Of a stretch of DNA of 64,000 nucleotides, positions 31,857-40,843 are shown in pieces (position 1 is the first letter of the stretch; the number at the start of each line of letters is the position of its first letter). Location of the stretch: the NCBI GenBank assembly GCA_050943475.1, contig JBMNPF010000007.1, positions 41,523 through 105,522 of the forward strand, written 5' to 3'. Made by a program: the position numbers and the translations under genes. The notes beneath the pieces were generated by a model. That model was not told the DNA's origin and searched no databases. It worked only from the letters and a program-made list of their open reading frames with translations. The stretch is from Oscillospiraceae bacterium. GTDB lineage: Bacteria > Bacillota > Clostridia > Oscillospirales > Ruminococcaceae.

Positions 31857-32186
31857 ATGATAGGGAGTGATGTCATCCGTGGTTATAACGATACGATTAT
31901 CCTCTCTTTACTGCTGGAACATGACTCCTATGGTTATGAAATATCCAAGCAGATCCGCGAAATAACGGGGGAAAGGTATGTCATGAAGGAAACAACCTTG
32001 TATTCTGCTTTTACACGGCTGGAAAAAAACGGGTTTATCGCATCTTACCTCGGAAGCGAGACCTTTGGACGGCAGAGGACGTACTACCGCGTCACCCAGG
32101 CAGGCAAGGATTATTACCGGGAAAAATGTTTAGAGTGGCAGGAAACCAAAGAGGTCGTGAGCAAATTTATTAAGGAGGCGGATTAA
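31857..32186 (+). CDS. PadR family transcriptional regulator
   Basis: PadR-like wHTH (ILSLLLEHDSYGYEI...LYSAFTRLEKNGFI). Confidence 0.85.
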   Translation: MIGSDVIRGYNDTIILSLLLEHDSYGYEISKQIREITGERYVMKETTLYSAFTRLEKNGFIASYLGSETFGRQRTYYRVTQAGKDYYREKCLEWQETKEVVSKFIKEAD

Positions 32187-33176
32187 ATGGAGACCATTCA
32201 AACCTATTTGGAAAATATGTTTTCGGGATACCCGCAGACGCGCGAATTATTGCAGATGAAACAGGAAATTCTCAGCAATATGTTGGATAAATACAATGAG
32301 CTTAAGACAAAGGGTCATACAGAAAATGAAGCCATAGGCATGGTGATTGCTGATTTTGGCAACATTGAAGAATTGGTTGAGGCGCTTGGTGTTTGCCCTT
32401 TGCAGCGGGACGAACGTCCAGTTGTGGGGCTGGATGAAGTGCAGCGTTATCTCGCAGCGCGGATAACAAGGTCTAAACTAATTGCACTTGGTGTTGTGCT
32501 TTGTATTTTGGGTGTGGCGGCACTCATTTTATTTAGCACTTCTGGTTTAACGGTCTGGTCAGTGTTGGGGAGCTTTAAACTCTCTGTTGACGGCGCTTCC
32601 ATAGCAGGCCTTGTTGTGCTGTTGGTTATGGTTGCCGCAGCTGTTATATTGTTTATTTACGCAAATGCAAAGACGCGGCCATTCATGTATTTGCGGGACG
32701 ATTTTGTGTTGGAGGCGCCAGCGCAGAAGTATACTGTGGAACAACAAAATGCTTACCGTGGACTTCATACACTTATGATTGCGGTGGGCGTGGTTGTTTG
32801 TATTCTTTCACCGCTGCCCTTCCTGTTTGTTGAGGCATTGCCGGAACTCAGGGTTTATGAGGGGTACAGTGTCGTACTATTCTTGCTCATTGCTGCGGTT
32901 GCTGTTTTTCTGTTTGTTTTGGCAGGTATCCGCGGGGATTCCTATAAGATTCTTCTTCAGCAGGAAGCGTATAGCCCGGCAGAAAAAAAGCAAGATAAAT
33001 TTATTGAGGCAGTAGCCGCTGTGGTCTGGCCGTTAACCACCTGTATTTATCTGTTGTGGAGTTTTATCAGCGGTAATTGGGAAATCAGTTGGGTGATTTG
33101 GCCGGTAGTTGGTGTCTTGTTCGGGGGATTTTGCAGTATCTACAAGGCAATTGCGCCTAAAAAAGAAACACATTAA
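32187..33176 (+). CDS. PadR-associated membrane protein (DUF1700-like N-terminus)
   Basis: N-terminal YL..L...L helical region followed by about 6 TM segments. Immediately follows padR. Confidence 0.6.
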   Translation: METIQTYLENMFSGYPQTRELLQMKQEILSNMLDKYNELKTKGHTENEAIGMVIADFGNIEELVEALGVCPLQRDERPVVGLDEVQRYLAARITRSKLIALGVVLCILGVAALILFSTSGLTVWSVLGSFKLSVDGASIAGLVVLLVMVAAAVILFIYANAKTRPFMYLRDDFVLEAPAQKYTVEQQNAYRGLHTLMIAVGVVVCILSPLPFLFVEALPELRVYEGYSVVLFLLIAAVAVFLFVLAGIRGDSYKILLQQEAYSPAEKKQDKFIEAVAAVVWPLTTCIYLLWSFISGNWEISWVIWPVVGVLFGGFCSIYKAIAPKKETH

Positions 33177-33206
33177 AAAAACGGGAGAACTTCTCCCGGT
33201 TTTTTA
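33175..33206. terminator. Bidirectional terminator
   Basis: AAAAAAACGGGAGAA-CTTC-TCCCGGTTTTTT. Confidence 0.8.
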
Positions 33207-33275
33207 ATGCTGCTTGCTGCAGCTTATTGGCCTGAAAAGCCAAAATACTCCCAAGCTAAATATACGGTGATTTAT

Positions 33276-33860
33276 CTAAAACGACGTTGCTTCACCGCTT
33301 GCAGTTACATTGGCCACAATTTCGCTGGTGGTGTTGGAATGGGCGATCATATCCGCAGGCATGGCGGTAAACAGAATCCAGGCCATTTTATCGGAGGATT
33401 TAAAATCCAACAGATAAACGCGGTAATAGTTTTGGTTGCCGTCTTTTTCCGCCGAATACAGAATGGTGTAGACGGTTTTATCCTCATATTCTTCGATTTG
33501 GAGGTCCTTGAGCTCTTGTACCTGCTCTCTCAGAGTCAGTATAGAGCTGTTTTGGCGCTCAAAAACTTCTTCAGGAGATGTGCCAGGGTCAAATTCATCG
33601 TCCGTGTAACCGTAGACGCTCATATACATCCCAATCGAGGAATGAAAAAGCTGCAGGTCAAAATTTTCAGCGCCGGTGTCTTCCCACCCCTGCGGGACAG
33701 AGACATCAATGCCATATGTTCCGACCGCAAAGGTTTGGTTTTCAGCAGATGCCCCGGTAATTTCGGAAAGCACCTGGCCAGCAAAACGGCATCCGGAAAA
33801 CAGAAAAAATGCAAGGACGGCAAACCCCAAAAGGAATCTGCGGCGGTGGACCGGATTCAT
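33276..33860 (-). CDS. Putative lipoprotein, unknown function
   Basis: Signal peptide with lipobox FLFSGC. ATG 33860 after GAAGGAGA. The track start at 33875 is a GTG. Confidence 0.6.
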   Translation of the reverse strand: MNPVHRRRFLLGFAVLAFFLFSGCRFAGQVLSEITGASAENQTFAVGTYGIDVSVPQGWEDTGAENFDLQLFHSSIGMYMSVYGYTDDEFDPGTSPEEVFERQNSSILTLREQVQELKDLQIEEYEDKTVYTILYSAEKDGNQNYYRVYLLDFKSSDKMAWILFTAMPADMIAHSNTTSEIVANVTASGEATSF

Positions 33861-33880
33861 ACTCTTCTCCTTCACTGTTT

Positions 33881-35551
33881 TTATGCCTTTGGCACTTCCA
33901 GAATAGCGCCGCGGTTGCCGGAGGTTACCAGCGCCGCGTAACGGGCCAGGTAGCCGGTTGTAATTTTAGGTTGGCGCGGTTTCCATGCGGCCCGGCGTTT
34001 GGCAAGCTCTTCCTCGTTGATGCGGATATTGATGCTGTTCGAATTGATGTCAATGTCGATGATATCGCCCTCTTCAATCAGGGCAATGTTGCCGCCCACT
34101 GCGGCCTCCGGCGATACATGCCCAATGGCTGCGCCTCTTGTCGCACCGGAGAAGCGCCCGTCGGTGATGAGCGCCACCGTGCTGCCGAGCCCGCGCCCAA
34201 CAATGGCGGAGGTTGGATTGAGCATCTCGCGCATTCCTGGGCCGCCCTTTGGACCCTCATAGCGGATGATAACAACGTCGCCCGCCACAATTTTTCCTTC
34301 ATTAATGGCGTTCTGCGCGTCCTCTTCGCAGTCGAACACGCGTGCCGGGCCGGAGTGCTTGAGCATTTCCGGGGCGACGGCAGAGCGCTTGACCACGCAG
34401 GAATCCGGCGCAAGGTTACCGCGCAGCACTGCAATGCCGCCGGTCTTGCTGTACGGATTCTCCACCGGGCGAATGATCTCCGGGTTGAGGTTTTCACAGC
34501 CTGCAATGTTTTCCGCAATGGTCTTGCCGGTGCAGGTGATGAGGTCGGTCTTGAGCAGGCCGAGCTTGTTAATTTCGTTCATTACAGCCGGGATGCCGCC
34601 CGCTTCGTTGAGTTCCTCCACATAATGGTGGCCCGCAGGCGCCAGATGGCAGAGGTTTGGCGTTTTTTCACTGATGGCGTTTGCCATATCCACGTTGAGC
34701 TCAATGCCCGCTTCGTGCGCGATGGCGGGGAGATGGAGCATGCTGTTGGTGGAACAGCCGAGCGCCATGTCCATGGTGAGGGCGTTGACAAATGCGTCTT
34801 TGGTCATGATGTCCCGCGGACGGATGTTTTTCTCAATCAGTTCCATAATTTTCATGCCTGCGTGCTTGGCAAGGCGAAGCCTTGCCGAATAAACCGCCGG
34901 GATGGTGCCGTTGCCGGGAAGCCCCATGCCGAGCACCTCGGTTAAGCAGTTCATGCTGTTTGCGGTGTACATACCGGAGCAGGAACCGCAGGTCGGGCAG
35001 GTTTTTTCTTCGTATTCATCCAGCTTTTCCTGGGTGATTTTTCCGCCGTTAAAAGCGCCCACCGCTTCGGAAATGCTGGAAAAGCTGGTCTTGCAGCCAT
35101 CCACCTTGCCGGCGAGCATAGGGCCGCCGCTCACAAATATTGTTGGAATATTGAGCCGCGCCGCCGCCATCAGCAGGCCGGGGACGTTTTTGTCGCAGTT
35201 CGGCACCATGACGAGCGCATCAAACGCGTGCGCCATTGCCATAGCCTCGGTGGAGTCGGCAATCAGGTCGCGGGTGACAAGGGAGTACTTCATCCCCTGG
35301 TGCCCCATTGCAATACCGTCGCAGACCGCAATGGCCGGAAAGACAATGGGGGTGCCGCCCGCCATGGAAACGCCGGTTTTGACTGCATCTACAATTTTAT
35401 CAATGTTCATGTGCCCCGGCACAATTTCGTTGTAGGAACTGACAATACCGACGAGCGGCCGTTCCATCTCCTCACGGGTCATGCCGAGGGCGTTGAACAA
35501 AGCGCGGTGAGTTGCGCTTTTTACCCCTTTTGTCACTGCGTCACTCTTCAT
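33881..35551 (-). CDS. ilvD: Dihydroxy-acid dehydratase
   Basis: [10 protein letters not shown] and [12 protein letters not shown] motifs; 556 aa. Confidence 0.96.
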   Translation of the reverse strand: MKSDAVTKGVKSATHRALFNALGMTREEMERPLVGIVSSYNEIVPGHMNIDKIVDAVKTGVSMAGGTPIVFPAIAVCDGIAMGHQGMKYSLVTRDLIADSTEAMAMAHAFDALVMVPNCDKNVPGLLMAAARLNIPTIFVSGGPMLAGKVDGCKTSFSSISEAVGAFNGGKITQEKLDEYEEKTCPTCGSCSGMYTANSMNCLTEVLGMGLPGNGTIPAVYSARLRLAKHAGMKIMELIEKNIRPRDIMTKDAFVNALTMDMALGCSTNSMLHLPAIAHEAGIELNVDMANAISEKTPNLCHLAPAGHHYVEELNEAGGIPAVMNEINKLGLLKTDLITCTGKTIAENIAGCENLNPEIIRPVENPYSKTGGIAVLRGNLAPDSCVVKRSAVAPEMLKHSGPARVFDCEEDAQNAINEGKIVAGDVVIIRYEGPKGGPGMREMLNPTSAIVGRGLGSTVALITDGRFSGATRGAAIGHVSPEAAVGGNIALIEEGDIIDIDINSNSINIRINEEELAKRRAAWKPRQPKITTGYLARYAALVTSGNRGAILEVPKA

Positions 35552-35602
35552 ATTCTATACCACCTTTGTTTGTTGTTCACTTTAACAGGTCAAAGTAACT
35601 TT

Positions 35603-35631
35603 ATTTTACGTCGTTTTCCGCGCTCTGTCAA
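35603..35631 (-). promoter_or_regulatory. ilvD promoter
   Basis: TTGACA-17 nt-TAAAAT on the minus strand, about 50 nt upstream of the ilvD ATG. Confidence 0.65.
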
Positions 35632-35861
35632 CGGGCGTGTCGAACCCCGGGCGGAAAATCGAAATTCCTTGAATCTTCTTGGGAGCAGCATGGCGTTTTT
35701 CGCCACACTGTTTGGAACGGCTGTCATACAAACCGGCGGCTTGTATAGAATTGTCAATTATCGCCGGGAAATTAAACAGGGAACCGTCAGTTAACGTCTT
35801 TCTTGGTTCAGAGGCGTTGACCGCCGTTTGACGCATTGGCTTAGGGGGTGATCGGTTCGCT

Positions 35862-35907
35862 GAAAAATGGTAGCGCCCCGCTGTCCGTTTGAAGGAGGCG
35901 GGGCGCT
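35862..35907 (-). terminator. Intrinsic terminator after dusB
   Basis: AGCGCCCCGC/GCGGGGCGCT 10-bp stem followed by ACCATTTTT on the minus strand. Confidence 0.75.
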
Positions 35908-35909
35908 GC

Positions 35910-36890
35910 TCATATGCCGCTGTTTTGCTTCAAGACCTGTTCAATCAGTACATCCACATCGGAAAGCAGGGTGAGCTCTCCGCAGGCTTTGCGGAAGGAG
36001 GCCGCGCCGTGCAGCCCCTTGAGGTACCATGCCGCATGCTTGCGCGCTTCCCGCATTCCCATTTTTTCCCCCTTGTGTTCGCACAGCAGGGTGATGTGCC
36101 GCTTCATAACCGCCATCCGTTCCGGCAGGCTGGGATCGGGCTGGTATTGCCCGGTTGCCAGATAATCCCGCACCTGTGCAAATAGCCATGGCCGCCCGTA
36201 GGAGCCGCGTCCGATCATGACGAGGTCGCAGCCGGTCTGTTCGTACATCCGTTTGGCGTCCTCCGGGGTTTCGATATCCCCATTGCCAATGACCGGTACC
36301 GAAACCGCCTGCTTGACCGCCCGGATGATATCCAGGCTTACCGGCGGATGGTACATCTGCTGGCGGGTGCGCCCGTGTACGGCGATTGTCGCGGCGCCGT
36401 TTTGTTCCAGGATTTTGGCAACCTCAACCGCATTGAGGGAAGTGTTGTCCCATCCAGCGCGGATTTTTGCCATCACCGGAATATCCACAGCGTTTGCCAC
36501 CGCCCGCAGAATCTCCCCTGCGAGCCGCGGATTTTTCATCAGTGCGCTCCCGCTGTTATTGGCCACCACCTTTGGCACCGGGCACCCCATGTTGATGTCG
36601 ATGAAATCCGGCTGCCAGCGCATGGCCTTTTCAGCCGCCAACGCCATAAAATGCGGATCGTCTCCAAAAAGCTGCACCGCCATCGGGCGTTCGGCCTCGG
36701 TGACCTCCAGAAGCTCCGCTGTTTTTTTGTCTGAGTACATCATGCCTTTGGCGCTCGCCATTTCACCGGTGACCATTGCCGCGCCGTAGCTGCGGCAGAG
36801 GGTGCGGAAGGTGCGGTCGGCCACCGAGGCCATTGGCGCAAGGCTTGCTGTCTGCTCTACTGTCACATTGCCAATTTGTATGATATTCAC
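35910..36890 (-). CDS. dusB: tRNA-dihydrouridine synthase
   Basis: FIDINMGCP motif. GTG start after AAGGAG. Confidence 0.92.
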   Translation of the reverse strand: MNIIQIGNVTVEQTASLAPMASVADRTFRTLCRSYGAAMVTGEMASAKGMMYSDKKTAELLEVTEAERPMAVQLFGDDPHFMALAAEKAMRWQPDFIDINMGCPVPKVVANNSGSALMKNPRLAGEILRAVANAVDIPVMAKIRAGWDNTSLNAVEVAKILEQNGAATIAVHGRTRQQMYHPPVSLDIIRAVKQAVSVPVIGNGDIETPEDAKRMYEQTGCDLVMIGRGSYGRPWLFAQVRDYLATGQYQPDPSLPERMAVMKRHITLLCEHKGEKMGMREARKHAAWYLKGLHGAASFRKACGELTLLSDVDVLIEQVLKQNSGI

Positions 36891-36911
36891 GTCTGCTCCT
36901 TTTGGGGTTGG

Positions 36912-36940
36912 TTGAATCCAACCGGCTGTTATGGTATAAT
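36912..36940 (+). promoter_or_regulatory. Near-consensus sigma-A promoter in front of repeat copy A
   Basis: TTGAAT-17 nt-TATAAT with TG extension (TATGGTATAAT). Confidence 0.65.
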
Positions 36941-37057
36941 AACCTCACGCCGCATGCCGAAGCAGAGCTCCGGGCGGCTGAGCGGGCATTGTTCTATGCA
37001 GAACCGCGGCAACGCACGGTTTTGTTGTGGGCGTTTACACGCTGTTCATGGAATAAT
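36935..37057 (+). repeat. Conserved non-coding block, copy A (possible leader or structured RNA)
   Basis: Roughly 70% identical by eye to the reverse complement of 56714-56838. A 2-nt indel rules out a shared reading frame. Confidence 0.7.
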
Positions 37058-37134
37058 CCGTAAGATGTAATTTGTTGTAAATTTTACAGCGCCCGGCGTT
37101 CCTGCGGCGGGCAAAAATACGAAATTTTCCGGTT

Positions 37135-37165
37135 GATACCATGAGCCTGCTATGCTCATGGTATC
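37135..37165 (+). other. Perfect 12-bp hairpin in the polA leader
   Basis: GATACCATGAGC-CTGCTAT-GCTCATGGTATC with no U-tract. Confidence 0.6.
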
Positions 37166-37251
37166 CTAATTCATATCCGGAATAAAATTGTAATATATCG
37201 GCCGAAATTCGTCAATATAAGATTGATGAAAACAATAAATGAGGTGCACCT

Positions 37252-39816
37252 ATGAAACTGCTTGCGATTGACGGCAACAGCATCCTGAACCGCTCTTTTT
37301 ACGGGGTCAAGCTGCTGACGACCAAAGACGGCTTTTTTACCAACGCCCTGGTCGGCTTTCTCAATATTTTGCTCAAGATGCAGAATGAACTTTCGCCGGA
37401 TGCGGTTGCTGTGGCGTTTGACGTCCACGCGCCGACTTTCCGCCACAAGATGTACGACGCTTACAAGGGCACCCGTAAGGGTACGCCGGAGGAGCTGCTT
37501 ATGCAGATGCCGGTGGCCAAAAAAATGATTCGTATGCTCGGCTACGCAGTGATTGAAAAAGAGGGCTACGAGGCGGATGACATTGTCGGCACCCTTGCGG
37601 ATCTCTGTGTGAAATCCGGCAACCAGTGCGTTGTTGCCACCGGGGACAGGGATTGCCTTCAGCTCATTACCGATGAAGTGCAGGTGCGCCTTGCCACGAC
37701 GAGGGAGGCCATTCTCTACACGCCGCAGAAATATTTTGACGAGTACGGCGTGGAGCCGGAACAGCTGGTCGATGTCAAGGCGCTCATGGGCGATTCCTCC
37801 GACAATATCCCCGGTGTTAAGGGGATTGGGGAGAAAACGGCGTTTTCCCTCATCCAGAAATATGGGTCGATTGAAACCATTTACGCCGATGTTGACGCCA
37901 TTGAAGCAACGCCGCGAATTAAAAAACTGCTCGCCGACGGAAAGGAATCCGCCTTTATGAGCAAAGAACTTGCGACGATTTGTAAAGAGGCGCTGATTGA
38001 TACAGAGCTTTCACATTATCTTCCGCGAAAGCGGGAGGACGCGGTGCTCGTCGAGCTTTTGAATCGCTTTGAGATGTATTCCTATATTACCAGACTGCAT
38101 TTGAACACAGAAGATTCGCCCAAACCCCAAATTATTCTGGAATCCGATGCGCCCAGCAAGGTGGTTTCGGAGCCGGATTATGAAGCGGTGCGTGCAGCGC
38201 TTCAACAGGAGCAGGTGCTTGATTTTTACGCGGCGGTTGAAAACGGAGGTATCAATGTCCTGCAAATTCCGGTGGGTGAAACGCTCTACGACTTCCGCTT
38301 CGGTGCAGAGCGGGCGTTTTTTGAGCTGGTCTGCAAATCTCCGCTGCCCAAACGCACCTTTGATGTCAAACCGCTTTACCGCCGCTGCATGGAGCAAGGG
38401 GTTGTACTGGAAAATGTGGTGTTTGACGGCATGCTCGCCGCCTATCTGCTGGATGCGGGCGGCCGCAGCTATGACCCGGTTTCCCTTGCGCGCCATTATG
38501 AAATTGTTCTCCCTTCGCTGGAGGAACCCTACCTTGCCGCAGCGGTGCTGCCGGAACTCAGCGCCAAGCTGAAGGAGGAGCTTTCCGCGCAGGAGATGCT
38601 TTCGCTGTTTGAAACCATTGAAATGCCGTTGGCACTAGTGCTTGCCTCAATGGAGTGCGAGGGCTTTGCCGTCAACATCCAGGGGATTCAGGAGTTTGGC
38701 GCGGCGCTGTCCGAACAGATTGAGGTGCTCAAACGCCAAATGTTTGAGCTGGCGGGGGAGGAGTTCAACCCCAACTCCACCAAGGAGCTCAACGTCATCC
38801 TGTTTGAAAAGATGGGGCTGACTCCCAAAAAGAAAACTAAGAGCGGCTATTCCACCAATGTGGATGCGCTGGAGGCTATCCGCGGGGAGCATGCCATCAT
38901 CCCAACCCTGCTCGAATACCGCAAGCTCACCAAGCTGTATTCCACCTATGTGGTCGGCCTGCTCAAGGTAGTGGACGCGGGCGGGCGGGTGCATTCCACC
39001 TTCAAGCAGACTGAAACCCGCACCGGGCGCATCAGTTCTACCGAGCCGAATATGCAGAACATTCCGGCGCGCACCGAGCTGGGCCGTCAGATGCGGCGGT
39101 TTTTCGTCGCCAGGGAGGGTTATGTCCTGGTGGACGCCGATTATTCCCAGATAGAGCTGCGCATCCTCGCTCATCTTGCGGATGATAAGCGGATGCTTCA
39201 AGCGTTTAACGAGGGTGCGGATATCCATGCCATCACTGCGTCGGAGGTGTTCGGCGTTCCGCTGGAGCTTGTCACCCATGAGATGCGCACCCGCGCCAAA
39301 GCCATTAACTTTGGCATTGTCTACGGCATCGGGGCATTCTCGCTTTCGCAGGATATCGGTGTGACGGTGGCACAGGCGTCGGATTACATCAACGAATACC
39401 TGGCAACCTACGACGGCGTCGCCCGCTTTATGAAACAGACGGTGGAGGCTTCCAAAGAAAAAGGATATGTCACCACCATGTTCGGCCGCCGCCGGATTTT
39501 GGACGAGCTTAAATCCCACAACAAAAACATCCGCAATTTTGGGGAGCGCGCCGCCATGAACGCACCCATTCAGGGAACGGCGGCGGATATTATCAAAATT
39601 GCCATGATCAGGGTTTATGACCGCCTGAAAAAAGAGGGGGTAGACGGCCGGCTGATTTTGCAGGTGCATGACGAGCTCATCCTCGAGGTCGCCGAGCAGG
39701 ATGCAGAGCGTGCCGGCGAGTACCTGCGTGACGAGATGGAGCACGCGGCGGATTTGAACGTCAAGCTGCTGGTGGATGTTTCACAGGGCAAAACCTGGTA
39801 CGACGCAAAAGAATAG
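37252..39816 (+). CDS. polA: DNA polymerase I
   Basis: 5'-nuclease N-terminus, motif A VDADYSQIELRILAHL and motif C QVHDEL. Confidence 0.96.
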   Translation: MKLLAIDGNSILNRSFYGVKLLTTKDGFFTNALVGFLNILLKMQNELSPDAVAVAFDVHAPTFRHKMYDAYKGTRKGTPEELLMQMPVAKKMIRMLGYAVIEKEGYEADDIVGTLADLCVKSGNQCVVATGDRDCLQLITDEVQVRLATTREAILYTPQKYFDEYGVEPEQLVDVKALMGDSSDNIPGVKGIGEKTAFSLIQKYGSIETIYADVDAIEATPRIKKLLADGKESAFMSKELATICKEALIDTELSHYLPRKREDAVLVELLNRFEMYSYITRLHLNTEDSPKPQIILESDAPSKVVSEPDYEAVRAALQQEQVLDFYAAVENGGINVLQIPVGETLYDFRFGAERAFFELVCKSPLPKRTFDVKPLYRRCMEQGVVLENVVFDGMLAAYLLDAGGRSYDPVSLARHYEIVLPSLEEPYLAAAVLPELSAKLKEELSAQEMLSLFETIEMPLALVLASMECEGFAVNIQGIQEFGAALSEQIEVLKRQMFELAGEEFNPNSTKELNVILFEKMGLTPKKKTKSGYSTNVDALEAIRGEHAIIPTLLEYRKLTKLYSTYVVGLLKVVDAGGRVHSTFKQTETRTGRISSTEPNMQNIPARTELGRQMRRFFVAREGYVLVDADYSQIELRILAHLADDKRMLQAFNEGADIHAITASEVFGVPLELVTHEMRTRAKAINFGIVYGIGAFSLSQDIGVTVAQASDYINEYLATYDGVARFMKQTVEASKEKGYVTTMFGRRRILDELKSHNKNIRNFGERAAMNAPIQGTAADIIKIAMIRVYDRLKKEGVDGRLILQVHDELILEVAEQDAERAGEYLRDEMEHAADLNVKLLVDVSQGKTWYDAKE

Positions 39817-39823
39817 GATATAC

Positions 39824-39891
39824 CCTCCGGCGAAACCGTTTGTTGAGACGCCGGAGGTCCGCCGGTTCCGGCAGGATTCCTCTGCCGGAAC
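39824..39891 (+). other. Two stable hairpins after polA (possible terminator or processing site)
   Basis: CCTCCGGCG/CGCCGGAGG (9 bp) and GTTCCGGCAG/CTGCCGGAAC (10 bp). No adjacent U-run. Confidence 0.4.
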
Positions 39892-39947
39892 GGGTGAGCT
39901 GTTTTACGGCTCCAGCAGGCGGATTTTTATATGGAAAGGATTCTTTT

Positions 39948-40409
39948 ATGGAAAATATGGAAAACGAAACGCGAAAACAACTGCTGGTGGTCTGTACCGG
40001 CAACACCTGCCGCAGTCCGATGGCGGCCGCCATTTTGAATCATATTTTGCAGGAACAGGGCCTTGACGGGGAGTATTTCGCCCACAGCGCAGGGGTGGCG
40101 GCGTTTGATCACCAGCCCGCGGCAGAAAATGCCGTTGCGGCGGCAAAGGAAAACGGGCTTGATTTGTCCGGGCACCAGTCCAAACGCATTACCCTGGAGG
40201 ATGTTGCAGCGGCGGAACACATTTTTGTCATGTCGGAGGATCAGCGGCGGCTGCTTGCCTCGGCTGTGCCGGATGCGGCGGGAAACATTACGGTCATGCA
40301 GGTGCCGGACCCGTTCGGCGGGGATCTGGAAGTTTACCGCGCCTGCTTTGCACAAATGCAGGACTGGCTGAACCGCTATTTTGAGGAACACCCGTTATGC
40401 CGGCCTTGA
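39948..40409 (+). CDS. Low-molecular-weight protein tyrosine/arginine phosphatase
   Basis: CTGNTCRSP (CX5R) P-loop. ATG 39948 after GGAAAGGA. Confidence 0.88.
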   Translation: MENMENETRKQLLVVCTGNTCRSPMAAAILNHILQEQGLDGEYFAHSAGVAAFDHQPAAENAVAAAKENGLDLSGHQSKRITLEDVAAAEHIFVMSEDQRRLLASAVPDAAGNITVMQVPDPFGGDLEVYRACFAQMQDWLNRYFEEHPLCRP

Positions 40410-40843
40410 TACGCCCTATGCAGCGGGCGGATATCCCGGCGCTTGTTTCGCTGGAACAAGGTGCATTCAGCGATCCCTGGAGCGCGGAGGCGTTTGCCGA
40501 AGAACTGGATAATCCCCACGGCATTACGCTGGTGGCGGAGCAGAACGGGGTTGCCGGGTATTTGAATGCGCATCATGTGCTGGAAAACGTACATATCAAC
40601 ACCTTCTGCGTTGCACCACAGCGCCGCAGGCAGGGAACCGGCTTTGCCCTTTTGCAGTGGCTTACCGGCTATGCCGAGGGTGTGGGCGCGCTGGAAATTA
40701 CGCTGGAGGTACGGCGGGGAAACGAAGCGGCTGTATCTCTCTACCGCAAATGCGGGTTTGCGCAGGTTGGCCTGCGGAAGCGCTTCTACCGGGATCCGGT
40801 GGAGGACGCTCTGATACTGAAAAAGGAGTTGAGCGGTTTATGA
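40397..40843 (+). CDS. rimI: Ribosomal-protein-alanine N-acetyltransferase
   Basis: GNAT motif RRRQGTGFALL. Positioned directly before tsaD. Confidence 0.85.
   Translation: MPALIRPMQRADIPALVSLEQGAFSDPWSAEAFAEELDNPHGITLVAEQNGVAGYLNAHHVLENVHINTFCVAPQRRRQGTGFALLQWLTGYAEGVGALEITLEVRRGNEAAVSLYRKCGFAQVGLRKRFYRDPVEDALILKKELSGL

Noticed and set aside
36876-37070. Small ORFs in both repeat copies (36876-37070 plus strand; 56593-56826 minus strand) sharing CCGRL[H/R]AVHGII
   Set aside because: The shared peptides result from nucleotide identity. A 2-nt length difference in the centre puts the shared segments in different frames in copy B, and no RBS is present.
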